Part shown: piece after piece, positions 29,070 to 41,391 of the stretch
Layout of the letters: each line of letters opens with the position of its first letter
How positions within the stretch are numbered: the stretch's first letter is position 1
NCBI GenBank assembly: GCA_045576315.1
Contig: JAZNGE010000040.1
Span: 59,580-123,579 of the forward strand
From: Eubacteriales bacterium
GTDB lineage: Bacteria; Bacillota; Clostridia; Oscillospirales; CAG-272
DNA: 64,000 nucleotides
Reading direction: 5' to 3'
The notes under the pieces: generated by a model
What the model saw: only the letters and a program-made list of their open reading frames with translations
Database searches by the model: none
Told to the model about the DNA's origin: nothing
Made by a program: the position numbers and the translations under genes

Positions 29070-30263
29070 TTACAAAAGCTTGAATCCTGCTGCTTTAAGT
29101 GCGGATTCGATTTCGTGAATATGATCGTAATTTCTCGTTTCGAGAATTATTCTCAAATAACATCCGTTAACGTCAGAGCCTTCATTTGCTCTTTCGTGGT
29201 GAACAGAGGTAACGTTACCGCCAAGATCGGCGATGATACGTGATACGTCCTTGAGCTGACCGGGCTTGTCCACAAGCTCAAGCATAAGCTGACAGCTTCT
29301 GCCCGACATAAGAAGGCCTCTTTTGATAACTCTTGAAAGTATTGTAACGTCTATGTTGCCGCCGGAAAGCACCGACACAACCTTTTTTCCGTCAAGGTTG
29401 AGCTTGCCAAACATTACGGCAGCAACCGCGGCAGCACCTGCGCCCTCGGTTACAAGCTTATGTCCTTCCATAAGTGCGAGGATAGCAGCGGCGATCTCGT
29501 CGTCACTTACCGTTACTATCTCGTCAACGTATTTGGAGCAGATTTCATACGTGAGATCGCCCGGGCGCTTAACAGCGATTCCGTCAGCGATGGTAGAAAC
29601 GCCCGCAAGCTCCTCGATCTTACCATCCTTTACGGAATTATACATAGAGGGAGCACCTGCCGCCTGCACACCGTACACCTTTATCGAAGGATTAACAGAC
29701 TTAAGGGTAAAGGCTATACCGGAGATAAGTCCGCCGCCACCGATAGGAACAATGACAGCATCGACGTCGGAAAGCTGCTCGATAAGCTCAAGCGCGATAG
29801 TTCCCTGACCTGCTATGACGTCCTCGTCGTTAAAGGGGTGAATAAAGGTATATCCCTCCTCATCGCGAAGCGAGAGCGCCTTATTGTACGCATCGTCGTA
29901 AACTCCGTTTACAAGACAGACCTCAGCACCGTAGCTCTTGGTTGCCTCGATTTTGGAGATGGGCGCACCGTCGGGAAGACAAATTATGGATTTAATTCCG
30001 TTCTTGCGAGCCGCGAGTGCAACGCCTTGAGCATGGTTACCCGCGGAACAAGCAACAACGCCTCTCGCCTTTTCCTCGGCGGTAAGGCGAGACATTTTAT
30101 AATAAGCGCCTCTGACCTTGAATGAGCCCGTGATCTGCAAATTCTCGGTTTTGAGGTAAAGTTCCACGCCCGGCTTAAGCTTGGGGGCATAGATTACGTC
30201 GGTTTTTCTTACTACATCGCGCAGAACGTAATTGGCGCGATAAACATTATCAAGTGTGATCAT
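29070..30263 (-). CDS. ilvA: threonine ammonia-lyase (threonine dehydratase) with C-terminal ACT-like domain
   Basis: 397 aa. PLP-lysine motif TGSFKVRGA, and GGGGLISG. Confidence 0.92.
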   Translation of the reverse strand: MITLDNVYRANYVLRDVVRKTDVIYAPKLKPGVELYLKTENLQITGSFKVRGAYYKMSRLTAEEKARGVVACSAGNHAQGVALAARKNGIKSIICLPDGAPISKIEATKSYGAEVCLVNGVYDDAYNKALSLRDEEGYTFIHPFNDEDVIAGQGTIALELIEQLSDVDAVIVPIGGGGLISGIAFTLKSVNPSIKVYGVQAAGAPSMYNSVKDGKIEELAGVSTIADGIAVKRPGDLTYEICSKYVDEIVTVSDDEIAAAILALMEGHKLVTEGAGAAAVAAVMFGKLNLDGKKVVSVLSGGNIDVTILSRVIKRGLLMSGRSCQLMLELVDKPGQLKDVSRIIADLGGNVTSVHHERANEGSDVNGCYLRIILETRNYDHIHEIESALKAAGFKLL

Positions 30264-30270
30264 AGCTTTA

Positions 30271-31443
30271 TTACATCAGGCTCGCTATAAACTGCTCTGC
30301 GCATCTGGCTGAACGGTTGCCGCGACGGAGCGCAAACGCCTCCGCCTTTACATCGAGCTCTTTTATATCCATTTCGATTTTATTTCTGAGAGCAAGCTCG
30401 TGGACTATATCAAGATAGAGCTGCTTATTGGGCTTCGAGAACAGCACGACAAGTCCAAAACGCTCGGAAAGCGAGAGTGTTTCCTGGAGAGTGTCGTTAA
30501 TGTGGACCTCGTTGCCTTCTCTGTCGCTGAAGCTCTCTTTGATTATGTGTCTGCGATTTGAGGTTGCGTAAATGACAGCATTATCCGCTTTTGCAGATGC
30601 GCTTCCTTCAAGTGCCGCTTTGAGCATGCTGAAATTATCGTCGCTCTTATTAAACGCAAGGTCGTCGATAAATATGATAAACTTCAAGGGGTTGGCGCTT
30701 ATCTTTCCCATAACCAAAGGCAAATACGAAAGCTGATCCTTACGAAGCTCAATGAGCCTTATTCCCTTATCGAAGAACATATTCGCTACGGCCTTTACCG
30801 TAGAGGATTTACCCGTTCCCGCATCACCGCAAAGAAGCGTGTTTGCAGCGGGGCGACCTTCAATAAATGCAAGTGTATTTTGTATTACCTGCTCGCGCTC
30901 GCTTTCGTATCCAACGAATTTTTCAACCGAGGTCTTGTCTGCGCTGACGATAGGCTCGATATTCTTATCGTCGGACAGGCGGAACATGCAGAAGGATGAG
31001 AATATACCGTATCCGTACTTATGCACCTCGGAAATTCTCGCCTCGTACTTTTCGTAGAAATCCATTTTTCTCGAAGAGAAAGGAGATACGAACGAAACAC
31101 CCATATCATCGGCAAAAATATCGGGGGTCAAAGCGGCAAATTCGGAAAACACCTCAAGCTCGCTTTTAAGCGCCTGCTCGATGACGGGGTTTATCTTCTC
31201 ATCATGTGCGCGTGATTTTATATATACGTTCTCATCCTCAGATACTATTCTGAATACCAGGTCGGTAAGTGTGCCGCCTGAGGAATATATCTCGGACACA
31301 AAGGCTGCATAAGCCTTTATTTTTTCATCCGCAACCGTGCTTTTGGCGTAATTTGCAAAGCTTGCAAACAGAGGTCTTGAAATGACGGCGCGGAACACGC
31401 TGGACATACAAAGTCGCAGGTAAAGTTCTCTTATGTAAGACAT
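30271..31443 (-). CDS. DUF815-type AAA ATPase of unknown function
   Basis: 390 aa. Walker A GDAGTGKSSTVKA, Walker B FIIFIDDLAF. About 190 aa of unassigned N-terminal region. 1 nt after leuB and 7 nt before ilvA. Confidence 0.75.
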   Translation of the reverse strand: MSYIRELYLRLCMSSVFRAVISRPLFASFANYAKSTVADEKIKAYAAFVSEIYSSGGTLTDLVFRIVSEDENVYIKSRAHDEKINPVIEQALKSELEVFSEFAALTPDIFADDMGVSFVSPFSSRKMDFYEKYEARISEVHKYGYGIFSSFCMFRLSDDKNIEPIVSADKTSVEKFVGYESEREQVIQNTLAFIEGRPAANTLLCGDAGTGKSSTVKAVANMFFDKGIRLIELRKDQLSYLPLVMGKISANPLKFIIFIDDLAFNKSDDNFSMLKAALEGSASAKADNAVIYATSNRRHIIKESFSDREGNEVHINDTLQETLSLSERFGLVVLFSKPNKQLYLDIVHELALRNKIEMDIKELDVKAEAFALRRGNRSARCAEQFIASLM

Positions 31444-31444
31444 T

Positions 31445-32512
31445 TTAAATACACTCTATGATTTTATTTGTTATTTCTTCGGTTGAGAGCGCCGGCGCAC
31501 CGTGTGCAAGGTCTGCCGTGCGGTAGCCTGCCTCAAGAACTGCATCTACTGCGTTGATTATAGCGTCAGACTCCTTGGAAAGACCAAACGAGTAAAGAAG
31601 CATCATCGCCGCGGAAAGTATTGTAGCGATGGGGTTTGCCTTGTTCTGCCCTGCTATATCGGGCGCTGAACCGTGGATAGGCTCGTAAAGTCCGCGAGTG
31701 GTTTCATTAAGCGAAGCGGACGGAAGCATACCGATCGAGCCGGTGATCTGCGATGCCTCATCCGAAAGTATATCACCGAACATATTGGACGTAACGATAA
31801 CGTCGAACTGCGCGGGATTTCTAACAAGCTGCATAGCCGCGTTATCAACGAGCATATCAGAGCACTCGACGTCCGGATACTCCGCTGCTATCTCGTGGAC
31901 GATCTTACGCCACAGACGAGAGGTTTCAAGGACGTTTGCCTTATCGATGCTTACAAGCTTACCTCTTCTCTTGCGTGCGGTTTCGAAAGCAACTTTCGCT
32001 ATACGCTCGATCTCCATACGGCTATAACTTTCCGTATCGTATGCTTCCTCACCGTATTTGCCGTCACGCATTCCACGCTCGCCAAAGTATATGCCACCCG
32101 TAAGCTCGCGTACTATCATTATATCAAAGCCCTCAGCTACCAGATCCTCACGCAAGGGACACTCACCCTTGAGCGCGGGATAAAGCTTTGCGGGACGGAG
32201 ATTTGTAAAGAGATTCATAGCGGCGCGTATTCCGAGAAGTGCCTTTTCAGGTCTTAAATTGCCGGGGAGAGTATCCCATTTCGGTCCGCCGACCGCACCG
32301 AGAAGCACACTGTCGGATGCAAGGCAGCCTGCAACGGTTTCTTCGGGAAGCGGAATGCCGTATTTGTCAATAGCTATACCGCCTATATCGTAGGGAGTAA
32401 AATTAAAGGTATGGCCGTACTTTGCGCCAACAGCCCCAAGCACCTTTACGGCACTGTCAACGATCTCCGGGCCTATGCCATCGCCCTTAAGAAGTGCTAT
32501 ATTAAAGTTCAT
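31445..32512 (-). CDS. leuB: 3-isopropylmalate dehydrogenase
   Basis: 355 aa. [19 protein letters not shown]-like [21 protein letters not shown]. Confidence 0.97.
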   Translation of the reverse strand: MNFNIALLKGDGIGPEIVDSAVKVLGAVGAKYGHTFNFTPYDIGGIAIDKYGIPLPEETVAGCLASDSVLLGAVGGPKWDTLPGNLRPEKALLGIRAAMNLFTNLRPAKLYPALKGECPLREDLVAEGFDIMIVRELTGGIYFGERGMRDGKYGEEAYDTESYSRMEIERIAKVAFETARKRRGKLVSIDKANVLETSRLWRKIVHEIAAEYPDVECSDMLVDNAAMQLVRNPAQFDVIVTSNMFGDILSDEASQITGSIGMLPSASLNETTRGLYEPIHGSAPDIAGQNKANPIATILSAAMMLLYSFGLSKESDAIINAVDAVLEAGYRTADLAHGAPALSTEEITNKIIECI

Positions 32513-32516
32513 TTTT

Positions 32517-33017
32517 TTACTCCTTGCTTATGACACCGCTTCGGATAGACTCGATAAGTCCGCCGTTAGCGATTATCTTCTGTATAAATTCCGGGAACGG
32601 ATTTGTCTTGAAGCTTTCACCGGTCGAACGGTTGTATATAATGCCGTTATCGAGGTCTGCCTCAATTTTATCTCCGTCTTTTATATTTTCTGATGCTTCG
32701 GGGCATTCAAGTATCGCCAAACCGATGTTGATGGAGTTGCGATAGAATATTCTTGCAAAGCTCTTTGCTATAACAAGAGATATACCGCTCTCCTTGATCG
32801 CGATGGGTGCGTGCTCACGAGAAGAGCCGCAGCCAAAGTTCGATCCGGCAACCATAATGTCGCCCACGGCAACCTTATTTACAAAATCCTTATCGATATC
32901 CTCCATACAGTGAGAGGCAAGCTCTTTCTTGTTTATGGTGTTAAGATATCTGGCGGGGATTATTACGTCTGTATCAACGTTATCTCCGTATTTTATAGCT
33001 TTACCGTTAAAGTTCAT
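32517..33017 (-). CDS. leuD: 3-isopropylmalate dehydratase small subunit
   Basis: 166 aa. [14 protein letters not shown] and [14 protein letters not shown]. Confidence 0.95.
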   Translation of the reverse strand: MNFNGKAIKYGDNVDTDVIIPARYLNTINKKELASHCMEDIDKDFVNKVAVGDIMVAGSNFGCGSSREHAPIAIKESGISLVIAKSFARIFYRNSINIGLAILECPEASENIKDGDKIEADLDNGIIYNRSTGESFKTNPFPEFIQKIIANGGLIESIRSGVISKE

Positions 33018-33035
33018 ATACGTTATCCTCCCCTA

Positions 33036-34295
33036 TCATATTTTTGCAGGATCTGCAATCTTGCCGGCTATTGCGCTTGCGGCTGCAACCGCAGGGCTTG
33101 CAAGGTAGACCTCTGAGGTTACATCGCCCATTCTGCCGACAAAGTTTCTGTTAGTAGTAGCGACGGCACGCTCGCCTGCTGCGAGTATACCCATATATCC
33201 GCCAAGGCAAGGGCCACAGGTAGGTGTGGAAACAACACAGCCTGCTTCAATAAATATCTTAAGTAGTCCGTTTTCCATCGCCTTGAGGTAAATATCCTGC
33301 GTTGCGGGAATTATGATCGCGCGAACGTTCTTTGCGACCTTTCTTCCCTTCATTATCTCTGCCGCCTCGGCAAGATCCTTATAATGTCCGTTAGTGCAAG
33401 ATCCGATGACTACCTGATCGATCTTTACGTCGCCTATTTCGTCAAAGGTCTTGGTGTTTTCGGGCAGATGAGGGAATGCAACGGTAGATTTGATGCTCGA
33501 AAGATCGATCTCATAAGTTGCGTCGTACTCGGCATCCTCATCAGCCTTAAATATCTTCATCTCACGGTCGGAGCGTTCCTTGACGTATACCACGGTCTGC
33601 TCGTCGACCTCGAAGATTCCGTTCTTTGCGCCTGCCTCTATTGCCATATTAGCGATAGTAAGGCGGTCAAAAACGGTGAGTGCGGCAACGCCCTCGCCGA
33701 CGAATTCCATCGACTTATAGAGCGCGCCGTCAACACCTATCATTCCGATAATGTGAAGAATAACGTCCTTACCGGAAACGTATTTATTGAGTTTGCCTTT
33801 GAGAACAAACTTTATTGCGGAAGGAACTTTAAACCACGCCTTACCGGTAGCCATGCCACACGCCATATCGGTAGAGCCGACACCGGTCGAAAACGCGCCA
33901 AGTGCGCCGTATGTACAGGTGTGCGAATCCGCACCTATAACAACGTCACCCGGAATAACAAGACCCTTTTCGGGAAGTAGCGCATGCTCGATGCCCATTC
34001 TTCCGACATCGTAAAAATTCACTATTTCCTCTTTGTCGCAAAAATCACGACACATCTTGCACTGTACAGCCGCCTTGATATCCTTATTGGGAGCGAAATG
34101 GTCCATTACCATGGTAACCTTTTCCTTATCGTAAACTCCGCTGACACCAATTTTCTCATACTCGCGTATTGCAACGGGAGAGGTAATATCATTACCGAGG
34201 ACACGGTCAACGTTCACAAGAACGAGCTGACCTGCACTGACGCTTTCGAGTCCGGCGTGACTGGCAAGTATTTTTTGAGTCATTGTCATAGCCAT
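33036..34295 (-). CDS. leuC: 3-isopropylmalate dehydratase large subunit
   Basis: 419 aa aconitase-family protein. [24 protein letters not shown] cluster ligands. Confidence 0.96.
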   Translation of the reverse strand: MAMTMTQKILASHAGLESVSAGQLVLVNVDRVLGNDITSPVAIREYEKIGVSGVYDKEKVTMVMDHFAPNKDIKAAVQCKMCRDFCDKEEIVNFYDVGRMGIEHALLPEKGLVIPGDVVIGADSHTCTYGALGAFSTGVGSTDMACGMATGKAWFKVPSAIKFVLKGKLNKYVSGKDVILHIIGMIGVDGALYKSMEFVGEGVAALTVFDRLTIANMAIEAGAKNGIFEVDEQTVVYVKERSDREMKIFKADEDAEYDATYEIDLSSIKSTVAFPHLPENTKTFDEIGDVKIDQVVIGSCTNGHYKDLAEAAEIMKGRKVAKNVRAIIIPATQDIYLKAMENGLLKIFIEAGCVVSTPTCGPCLGGYMGILAAGERAVATTNRNFVGRMGDVTSEVYLASPAVAAASAIAGKIADPAKI

Positions 34296-34319
34296 TGTAT
34301 TTTCCTATCCTTCCGTGGA

Positions 34320-35981
34320 TTATTTGTTGATTATCGCACCCTTGTCCGCCGAGCTTACCATGGCGGAATAACGTTTGAGATAACCTGTTATGTTTTCTTT
34401 TCTCTTTATCGGCATTTCAGCCTTGCGCTTTTCAAGCTCCGCATCGGAAACCTTAAGCTCAATAGTATACTCTGGGATATTGATAGCGATTATATCTCCA
34501 TCCTTGACGTAAGCGATAGGTCCGCCGCTCACAGCCTCGGGAGATACGTGACCTATGGACGCGCCGCGAGTAGCACCCGAGAAGCGACCGTCCGTAATAA
34601 GCGCAACGTCTTTATCAAGTCCCATACCCGCGATAGCCGAGGTAGGAGAGAGCATTTCGCGCATACCGGGGCCGCCGGCAGGACCTTCGTAGCGGATAAC
34701 CACAACGTCGCCCTTCTCTATTTTACCCTCGTAAATTGCGGCAATAGCCTCTTCCTCGCTCTCATATACCTTTGCAGGTCCTTCGTGAACGAGCATTTCG
34801 GGGGCTACGGCGCTACGCTTTACAACACAACCGTCGGGAGCAAGGTTACCGCGAAGAACGGCAATACCGCCGGTTTTTGTGTAGGGATTGTCTACGGTTC
34901 TTATAACCGAAGTGTCATTGTTGCGTGCGGAAGCTATGTTTTCCTTGAGAGTCTTGCCTGTGCATGTCATAACCGAGGTATCGAGAAGTCCAAGCTTATC
35001 TATCTCTTTAAGAACGGCATAAACGCCGCCCGCCTCGTTAAGATCCTCCATATATGTAGGACCGGCAGGAGCAAGGTGACAAAGGTTGGGCGTTCTCTCA
35101 CTGATGCGGTTTACCTCGTCGAGAGAAAACTCTACTCCGCACTCGTTAGCTATTGCGGGAAGATGAAGCATGCTGTTAGTGGAGCAACCAAGCGCCATAT
35201 CCGCGGTAATAGCATTCTTAATAGCCGCCTCGGTCATAATATCTCTCGGGCGAATATTCTTTCTGACAAGCTCCATTACCTGCATTCCTGCGTGCTTTGC
35301 AAGCTGAATTCTTGCCGAATACGCCGCGGGAATCGTACCGTTGCCGCCAAGGCCCATACCGAGAACCTCGGTAAGACAGTTCATAGAGTTAGCGGTGTAC
35401 ATACCCGAGCAAGAGCCGCAAGAGGGACAGGTCTTTTCCTCATACTCGCAGAGCTTGCAGTCGTCGATAGTGCCTGCCTTGTACGAACCGACGGCCTCGA
35501 ACATACTCGAAAGGCTGGTCTTTTTACCACCTACTCTACCTGCGAGCATAGGACCGCCGCTTACGAATACGGTAGGAATATTGAGTCTTGCGGCAGCCAT
35601 CAAAAGACCGGGCACGTTTTTATCACAGTTGGGTATCATAACCAAGCCGTCAAAGCCGTGAGCCATTACCATAGCCTCGGTGGAATCCGCGATAAGATCT
35701 CTGGTTACGAGCGAGTACTTCATACCTACGTGACCCATAGCAATACCGTCACAAACGGCTATTGCGGGAAATACGATAGGAGTTCCGCCTGCCATAGCAA
35801 CACCGACTCTTACCGCCTCGGTTATCTTATCAAGATTCATATGTCCCGGAACGATCTCGTTGTAGGAGCTGACTATACCTATAAGGGGACGGTCAAGCTC
35901 TTCCTTTGTCAAACCGAGAGCATTGTAAAGGGAGCGATGGGGGGCGTTGTGCGCCCCATCGATTATTCTATCTTTTACCAT
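34320..35981 (-). CDS. ilvD: dihydroxy-acid dehydratase
   Basis: 553 aa. [32 protein letters not shown]. Confidence 0.97.
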   Translation of the reverse strand: MVKDRIIDGAHNAPHRSLYNALGLTKEELDRPLIGIVSSYNEIVPGHMNLDKITEAVRVGVAMAGGTPIVFPAIAVCDGIAMGHVGMKYSLVTRDLIADSTEAMVMAHGFDGLVMIPNCDKNVPGLLMAAARLNIPTVFVSGGPMLAGRVGGKKTSLSSMFEAVGSYKAGTIDDCKLCEYEEKTCPSCGSCSGMYTANSMNCLTEVLGMGLGGNGTIPAAYSARIQLAKHAGMQVMELVRKNIRPRDIMTEAAIKNAITADMALGCSTNSMLHLPAIANECGVEFSLDEVNRISERTPNLCHLAPAGPTYMEDLNEAGGVYAVLKEIDKLGLLDTSVMTCTGKTLKENIASARNNDTSVIRTVDNPYTKTGGIAVLRGNLAPDGCVVKRSAVAPEMLVHEGPAKVYESEEEAIAAIYEGKIEKGDVVVIRYEGPAGGPGMREMLSPTSAIAGMGLDKDVALITDGRFSGATRGASIGHVSPEAVSGGPIAYVKDGDIIAINIPEYTIELKVSDAELEKRKAEMPIKRKENITGYLKRYSAMVSSADKGAIINK

Positions 35982-36023
35982 AACGAAATCCTTTCGCTTG
36001 GCAAGCCGTTAAGCTTGTCAAAA

Positions 36024-37582
<1,559 letters not shown>

Positions 37583-37589
37583 GATTACC

Positions 37590-39272
37590 TCACTTCTCTA
37601 TCTCGGTGATCATATCCTCGACCGAACCGCCGGGGGGGAGCATGGGAAGAACGACCTCGTCCTTGTATATGTAAGTATCAATCACGACAGGGCCGTTGGT
37701 TTTAATAGCCTTTTTGAACGCTGACTCAAATTCCTTTACCGTCTTTGCTCTGTATCCTACGGCACCAAATGCCTCTGCAAGCTTAACGAAATCGGTCTTA
37801 CGTTCAAGAACGGTATTAGAAAATCTCTTACCAAAGAAGAGTCTTTGCCACTGACGGACCATGCCAAGCACGCCGTTGTTAGCAATGATGATAACAAGCG
37901 GAATGTTGTAAGTGACCGCTGTCGCAAGCTCGTTAAGATTCATACCGAAGCTTCCGTCACCCGTTATGAGAACGGTAGGATCGCCTGTTGCGACCTGCGC
38001 GCCTATTGCGGCACCAAGACCGAATCCCATAGTGCCAAGACCGCCGCTTGAAACAAAACGTCTTGTGGTGTCAAACGAGGAATACTGTGCTGCCCACATC
38101 TGATGCTGTCCTACGTCGGTAGCGATTATAGTTTTTGGAAGCTTGTACTTATTGATAACGTCGAATACCTGCTTGGGAGTCATCCTGTCGGCTGAAAGGG
38201 CTGCTGCTTTTTCAGCAATCTGTTGCTCTTTTGTCTTGAGTGTCTCGACCTCTGCGCACCATTCCGGCTTGCTAATTTTATCAACGCCATCGGCGATCCT
38301 TTGAAACGAGTCAAACACATCGGCAACGATTCCGAGTTCTACGTTTACGTTCTTGTTTATTTCTGCAATATCGGGATCGAGCTGGATTATTTTAGTTCCT
38401 TTTGCAAACTTAGCGGTATTACCGGTTGCTCTGTCGCTGAAACGAACGCCGACACCGATTATAAGATCCGCCTTTTTCTGAGCCATAGAGGATGCGAAGT
38501 GACCGTGCATTCCCTGCATACCGAGAAATTTTTCATGATCGTCAGGTACTGCGGAGATGCCCATAAAGCTGCAACCTATGCACGCATCTATTTTTTCGGC
38601 AAGGTCGATTATCTCTTTGCCCATACCAAGACCCGCTGCGCCGCCGCCAACATAAATGTAGGGACGCTTGGATGCATTGATAAGCTTTACCGCCTCTTCT
38701 ATTTCCCCGTCCTCTGCGATCGGCAAAGGAATTTTTTCGGTAACGCCTTGATCCTCAAATTCATAAGTAGCGACCTGGACATCCTTGGGCACGTCTACAA
38801 GCACCGGACCGGGACGTCCCGATTTTGCTATGGTAAACGCCTCTCTGATCGTGTCCGCAAGATCCTTAACGTCGCTGACAAAGTAGTTGTGCTTTGTGAT
38901 CGGAAGTGTAATTCCGGTAATATCTATCTCCTGGAAGCTGTCCTTGCCGATAAGTGAGCAAGGAACGTTTCCGGTTATTGCGACCATGGGGACGGAATCA
39001 AGCATTGCAGTGGCGATACCGGTTACAAGATTGGTTGCACCGGGCCCCGAGGTAGCAATGCAAACGCCAACCTTTCCCGTCGCTCTCGAATATCCGTCTG
39101 CCGCGTGAGCAGCACCCTGCTCGTGCGCGGTAAGATAATGCTTTATCTCATCCTGGTACTTATAGAGCGCGTCATAGATATTGATAACCTGACCGCCGGG
39201 ATACCCGAAAACATCGGTAACGCCCTGCTCTATAAGCGTTCTGATAATTATTTCTGCTCCTGTTAACTTCAT
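37590..39272 (-). CDS. ilvB: acetolactate synthase large (catalytic) subunit
   Basis: 560 aa ThDP enzyme. GYPGGQV and the ThDP motif [15 protein letters not shown]...NNG. Confidence 0.96.
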   Translation of the reverse strand: MKLTGAEIIIRTLIEQGVTDVFGYPGGQVINIYDALYKYQDEIKHYLTAHEQGAAHAADGYSRATGKVGVCIATSGPGATNLVTGIATAMLDSVPMVAITGNVPCSLIGKDSFQEIDITGITLPITKHNYFVSDVKDLADTIREAFTIAKSGRPGPVLVDVPKDVQVATYEFEDQGVTEKIPLPIAEDGEIEEAVKLINASKRPYIYVGGGAAGLGMGKEIIDLAEKIDACIGCSFMGISAVPDDHEKFLGMQGMHGHFASSMAQKKADLIIGVGVRFSDRATGNTAKFAKGTKIIQLDPDIAEINKNVNVELGIVADVFDSFQRIADGVDKISKPEWCAEVETLKTKEQQIAEKAAALSADRMTPKQVFDVINKYKLPKTIIATDVGQHQMWAAQYSSFDTTRRFVSSGGLGTMGFGLGAAIGAQVATGDPTVLITGDGSFGMNLNELATAVTYNIPLVIIIANNGVLGMVRQWQRLFFGKRFSNTVLERKTDFVKLAEAFGAVGYRAKTVKEFESAFKKAIKTNGPVVIDTYIYKDEVVLPMLPPGGSVEDMITEIEK

Positions 39273-39288
39273 AGAAACTCCTTATATA

Positions 39289-40953
39289 TCAAGAGTTGCC
39301 CATCATTTTGTTAACGGCACTCAAAAGCGCCTTAATGGACGACACACCGATATCACTATCGATACCCGCGCCCCAATAGGTAACTCCGTCACATACTATA
39401 CTCACGTACGATGCGGCACTTGAGCTGGTTTTTCCTTCAAGCGCGTGCTGCGTGTACGTTTCAAGGGTGTAATTCTTTTTAATGACCGATTTCAGCGCTT
39501 CGCTGACACAGTCGAGTCTACCGTTGCCGGCTGATTTCGCCTCGTACTCCTTACCTCTCAAGGAAACCTTGACTATTCCCTCTATATTTCCGTCAGCGAG
39601 CTTGCTGTAAGTTCCGCCAACCAGATTGACCGGAGTCGTTATATTGAGAAAATCGGTACAGAAGATCGTATAGACCTCACGCGGCTGAAGCTCGCGATGC
39701 TCGTGGTCCGAGATGCTCTTGACGTGGTAGCCAAACGCCTCTCTGAACTTCGGAGGGAGATTGAGCTTGAACTGCGTTTCAAGTATATATCCGATGCCAC
39801 CCTTGCCGGACTGCGAATTGATGCGTATTACATCAGCCTCGTACACTCGTCCGACGTCGGTAGGATCTATCGGAAGATACGGTACGGTCCATTTGATCTC
39901 TTTATCCTCTCTGAATTTCATGCCCTTTGCAATGGCATCCTGATGAGAGCCGCTGAATGCCGCGAAAACGAGCTGACCGCTATACGGCTGACGCTCGTAC
40001 ACGTGCATACGCGTTACTTTCTCATATACAGAGGTAATTTCGGGCAGATTTGAAAAATCAAGTCCCGGATCTATACCCTGCGAATACATATTAAGTGCGA
40101 GGGTGATTATGTCAACGTTGCCTGTACGCTCGCCGTTGCCGAAGAGTGTACCCTCGATCCTGTCACCGCCGGCAAGCAAGCCAAGCTCGCTATCGGCTAT
40201 CGCGCATCCGCGATCGTTATGAGGATGCAGCGATATTATTACGTTCTCACGGTTAATGAGGTTCTTATGCATATACTCTACCTGATTCGCGTAGATGTGA
40301 GGCATCGAGTGCGAAACGGTAACCGGGAGATTGATTATAACCTTATCGTCGGGAGTAGGCTGCCAGATCTTAAGAACCTCGTTGCATATCTCTGCCGCAA
40401 ACTCAGGCTCGGTACCCGTAAAGCTCTCGGGAGAATACTCAAACGTGATTTTGCCATCGGCTGTTGCCTTGTACTTCTTACAAAGCTCGGCACCGGTTGT
40501 GGCGATCTTGATTATCTCGGGCTTGTCCTTTTTGAACACCTGCTCGCGCTGTGCGACAGAGGTGGAATTATAGAGATGAACCACCGCGTGCTTCGCGCCT
40601 CTAATAGCCTCAAACGTTTTAGCAATAATGTGCTCGCGCGACTGCGTGAGAACCTGTATGGTGACGTCATCGGGGATAAGATCGTTCTCGATTATAGTTC
40701 TGCAAAACTCGTACTCGGTTTCCGAAGCTGCGGGGAATCCAACCTCTATTTCCTTAAAGCCTACTTTACAGAGAAGCTTGAAGAATTCTAGCTTTTCATC
40801 AAGACTCATTGGAATAATTAGTGCCTGATTACCGTCGCGTAGATCAACACTACACCAAATAGGCGGCTTTTCAATATATTCTTTGGCCATCCATGACATT
40901 TCCACGCCCTTAGGCGCGAAATACTGTTTCTTGTACTTTTCGTAACCCTTCAT
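39289..40953 (-). CDS. leuA: 2-isopropylmalate synthase (long form)
   Basis: 554 aa. WCSVDLRDGNQAL, HPHNDRGCA, and a C-terminal LeuA dimerisation/regulatory domain. Confidence 0.94.
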   Translation of the reverse strand: MKGYEKYKKQYFAPKGVEMSWMAKEYIEKPPIWCSVDLRDGNQALIIPMSLDEKLEFFKLLCKVGFKEIEVGFPAASETEYEFCRTIIENDLIPDDVTIQVLTQSREHIIAKTFEAIRGAKHAVVHLYNSTSVAQREQVFKKDKPEIIKIATTGAELCKKYKATADGKITFEYSPESFTGTEPEFAAEICNEVLKIWQPTPDDKVIINLPVTVSHSMPHIYANQVEYMHKNLINRENVIISLHPHNDRGCAIADSELGLLAGGDRIEGTLFGNGERTGNVDIITLALNMYSQGIDPGLDFSNLPEITSVYEKVTRMHVYERQPYSGQLVFAAFSGSHQDAIAKGMKFREDKEIKWTVPYLPIDPTDVGRVYEADVIRINSQSGKGGIGYILETQFKLNLPPKFREAFGYHVKSISDHEHRELQPREVYTIFCTDFLNITTPVNLVGGTYSKLADGNIEGIVKVSLRGKEYEAKSAGNGRLDCVSEALKSVIKKNYTLETYTQHALEGKTSSSAASYVSIVCDGVTYWGAGIDSDIGVSSIKALLSAVNKMMGNS

Positions 40954-41239
40954 TGCTCCTCCTTTCGTCGCTTATGCGACAACTGAATTAATGGAAAACA
41001 AAAAATCCCTTTTACGCAACCAAAACTTGCATAAAAGAGATCAAAATGAGATCAAATTGCTTTTGGCGCGCAAAAACCCAACACCATGCCGTGCGGTCTT
41101 ACGCGATTCGTGCCGATCACGCGGCATAGCTCCCAACTCCGGTGACAAAATCATCACCGTCATATCCTCGCGGAATATGAGTCCGGAAAACTCAAGAAAT
41201 TGGATTTTCTCACCAAAGTCAATAAAAATAATATAGACT
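40954..41239 (-). promoter_or_regulatory. long structured 5' leader of the leuA-ilv-leu-his unit (class unassigned)
   Basis: About 285 nt between the predicted -10 and the leuA ATG. Minus-strand hairpins include CATAT(T)CC-GCGA-GGATATG and CGGTGA-tgattttg-TCACCG. ATGCCG...CGGCAT long-range pairing is followed by GGGTTTTTG. Direct repeat TTTGATCTC x2 on the minus strand (= GAGATCAAA at 41037-41045 and 41048-41056 on the plus strand). A GTCGC-ataa-GCGAC hairpin sits next to the RBS. Confidence 0.45.
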
Positions 41240-41268
41240 ATTTTATATTAATTTCGCGCGTTTGTCAA
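41240..41268 (-). promoter_or_regulatory. candidate sigma-A promoter of the ilv-leu-his unit
   Basis: On the minus strand, TTGACA (41268-41263), 17-nt spacer, TAAAAT (41245-41240). Confidence 0.5.
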
Positions 41269-41337
41269 TAGTTTTTTAATAATTTGCACGTTATTTTTTA
41301 AAATATTTGGATGCGTTTCATTTTCAAGCAGATCCGC

Positions 41338-41375
41338 TTAAAGAAAACCGCTTGCGGTGATATCCGCAAGCGGTT
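41338..41375 (-). terminator. rho-independent terminator after ilvE
   Basis: Perfect 12-bp stem AACCGCTTGCGG / CCGCAAGCGGTT (41346-41357 and 41364-41375). The minus-strand transcript continues with TTCTTTAA. Confidence 0.65.
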
Positions 41376-41391
41376 GAAAGCTATTATATTA

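Noticed and set aside
40991-41236. 81-aa plus-strand ORF in the leuA upstream region.
   Set aside because: It lies antisense to the predicted leader RNA, has no RBS and has an unusual Arg/Ser/Asn-rich composition.
40954-41239. T-box riboswitch call for the ilv-leu leader.
   Set aside because: A T-box is expected from Bacillus precedent. However, I could not find the AGAGA box, the F-box, or the GGGUGGNACCGCG core with a UGGN bulge. I left the leader unclassified rather than forcing the label.
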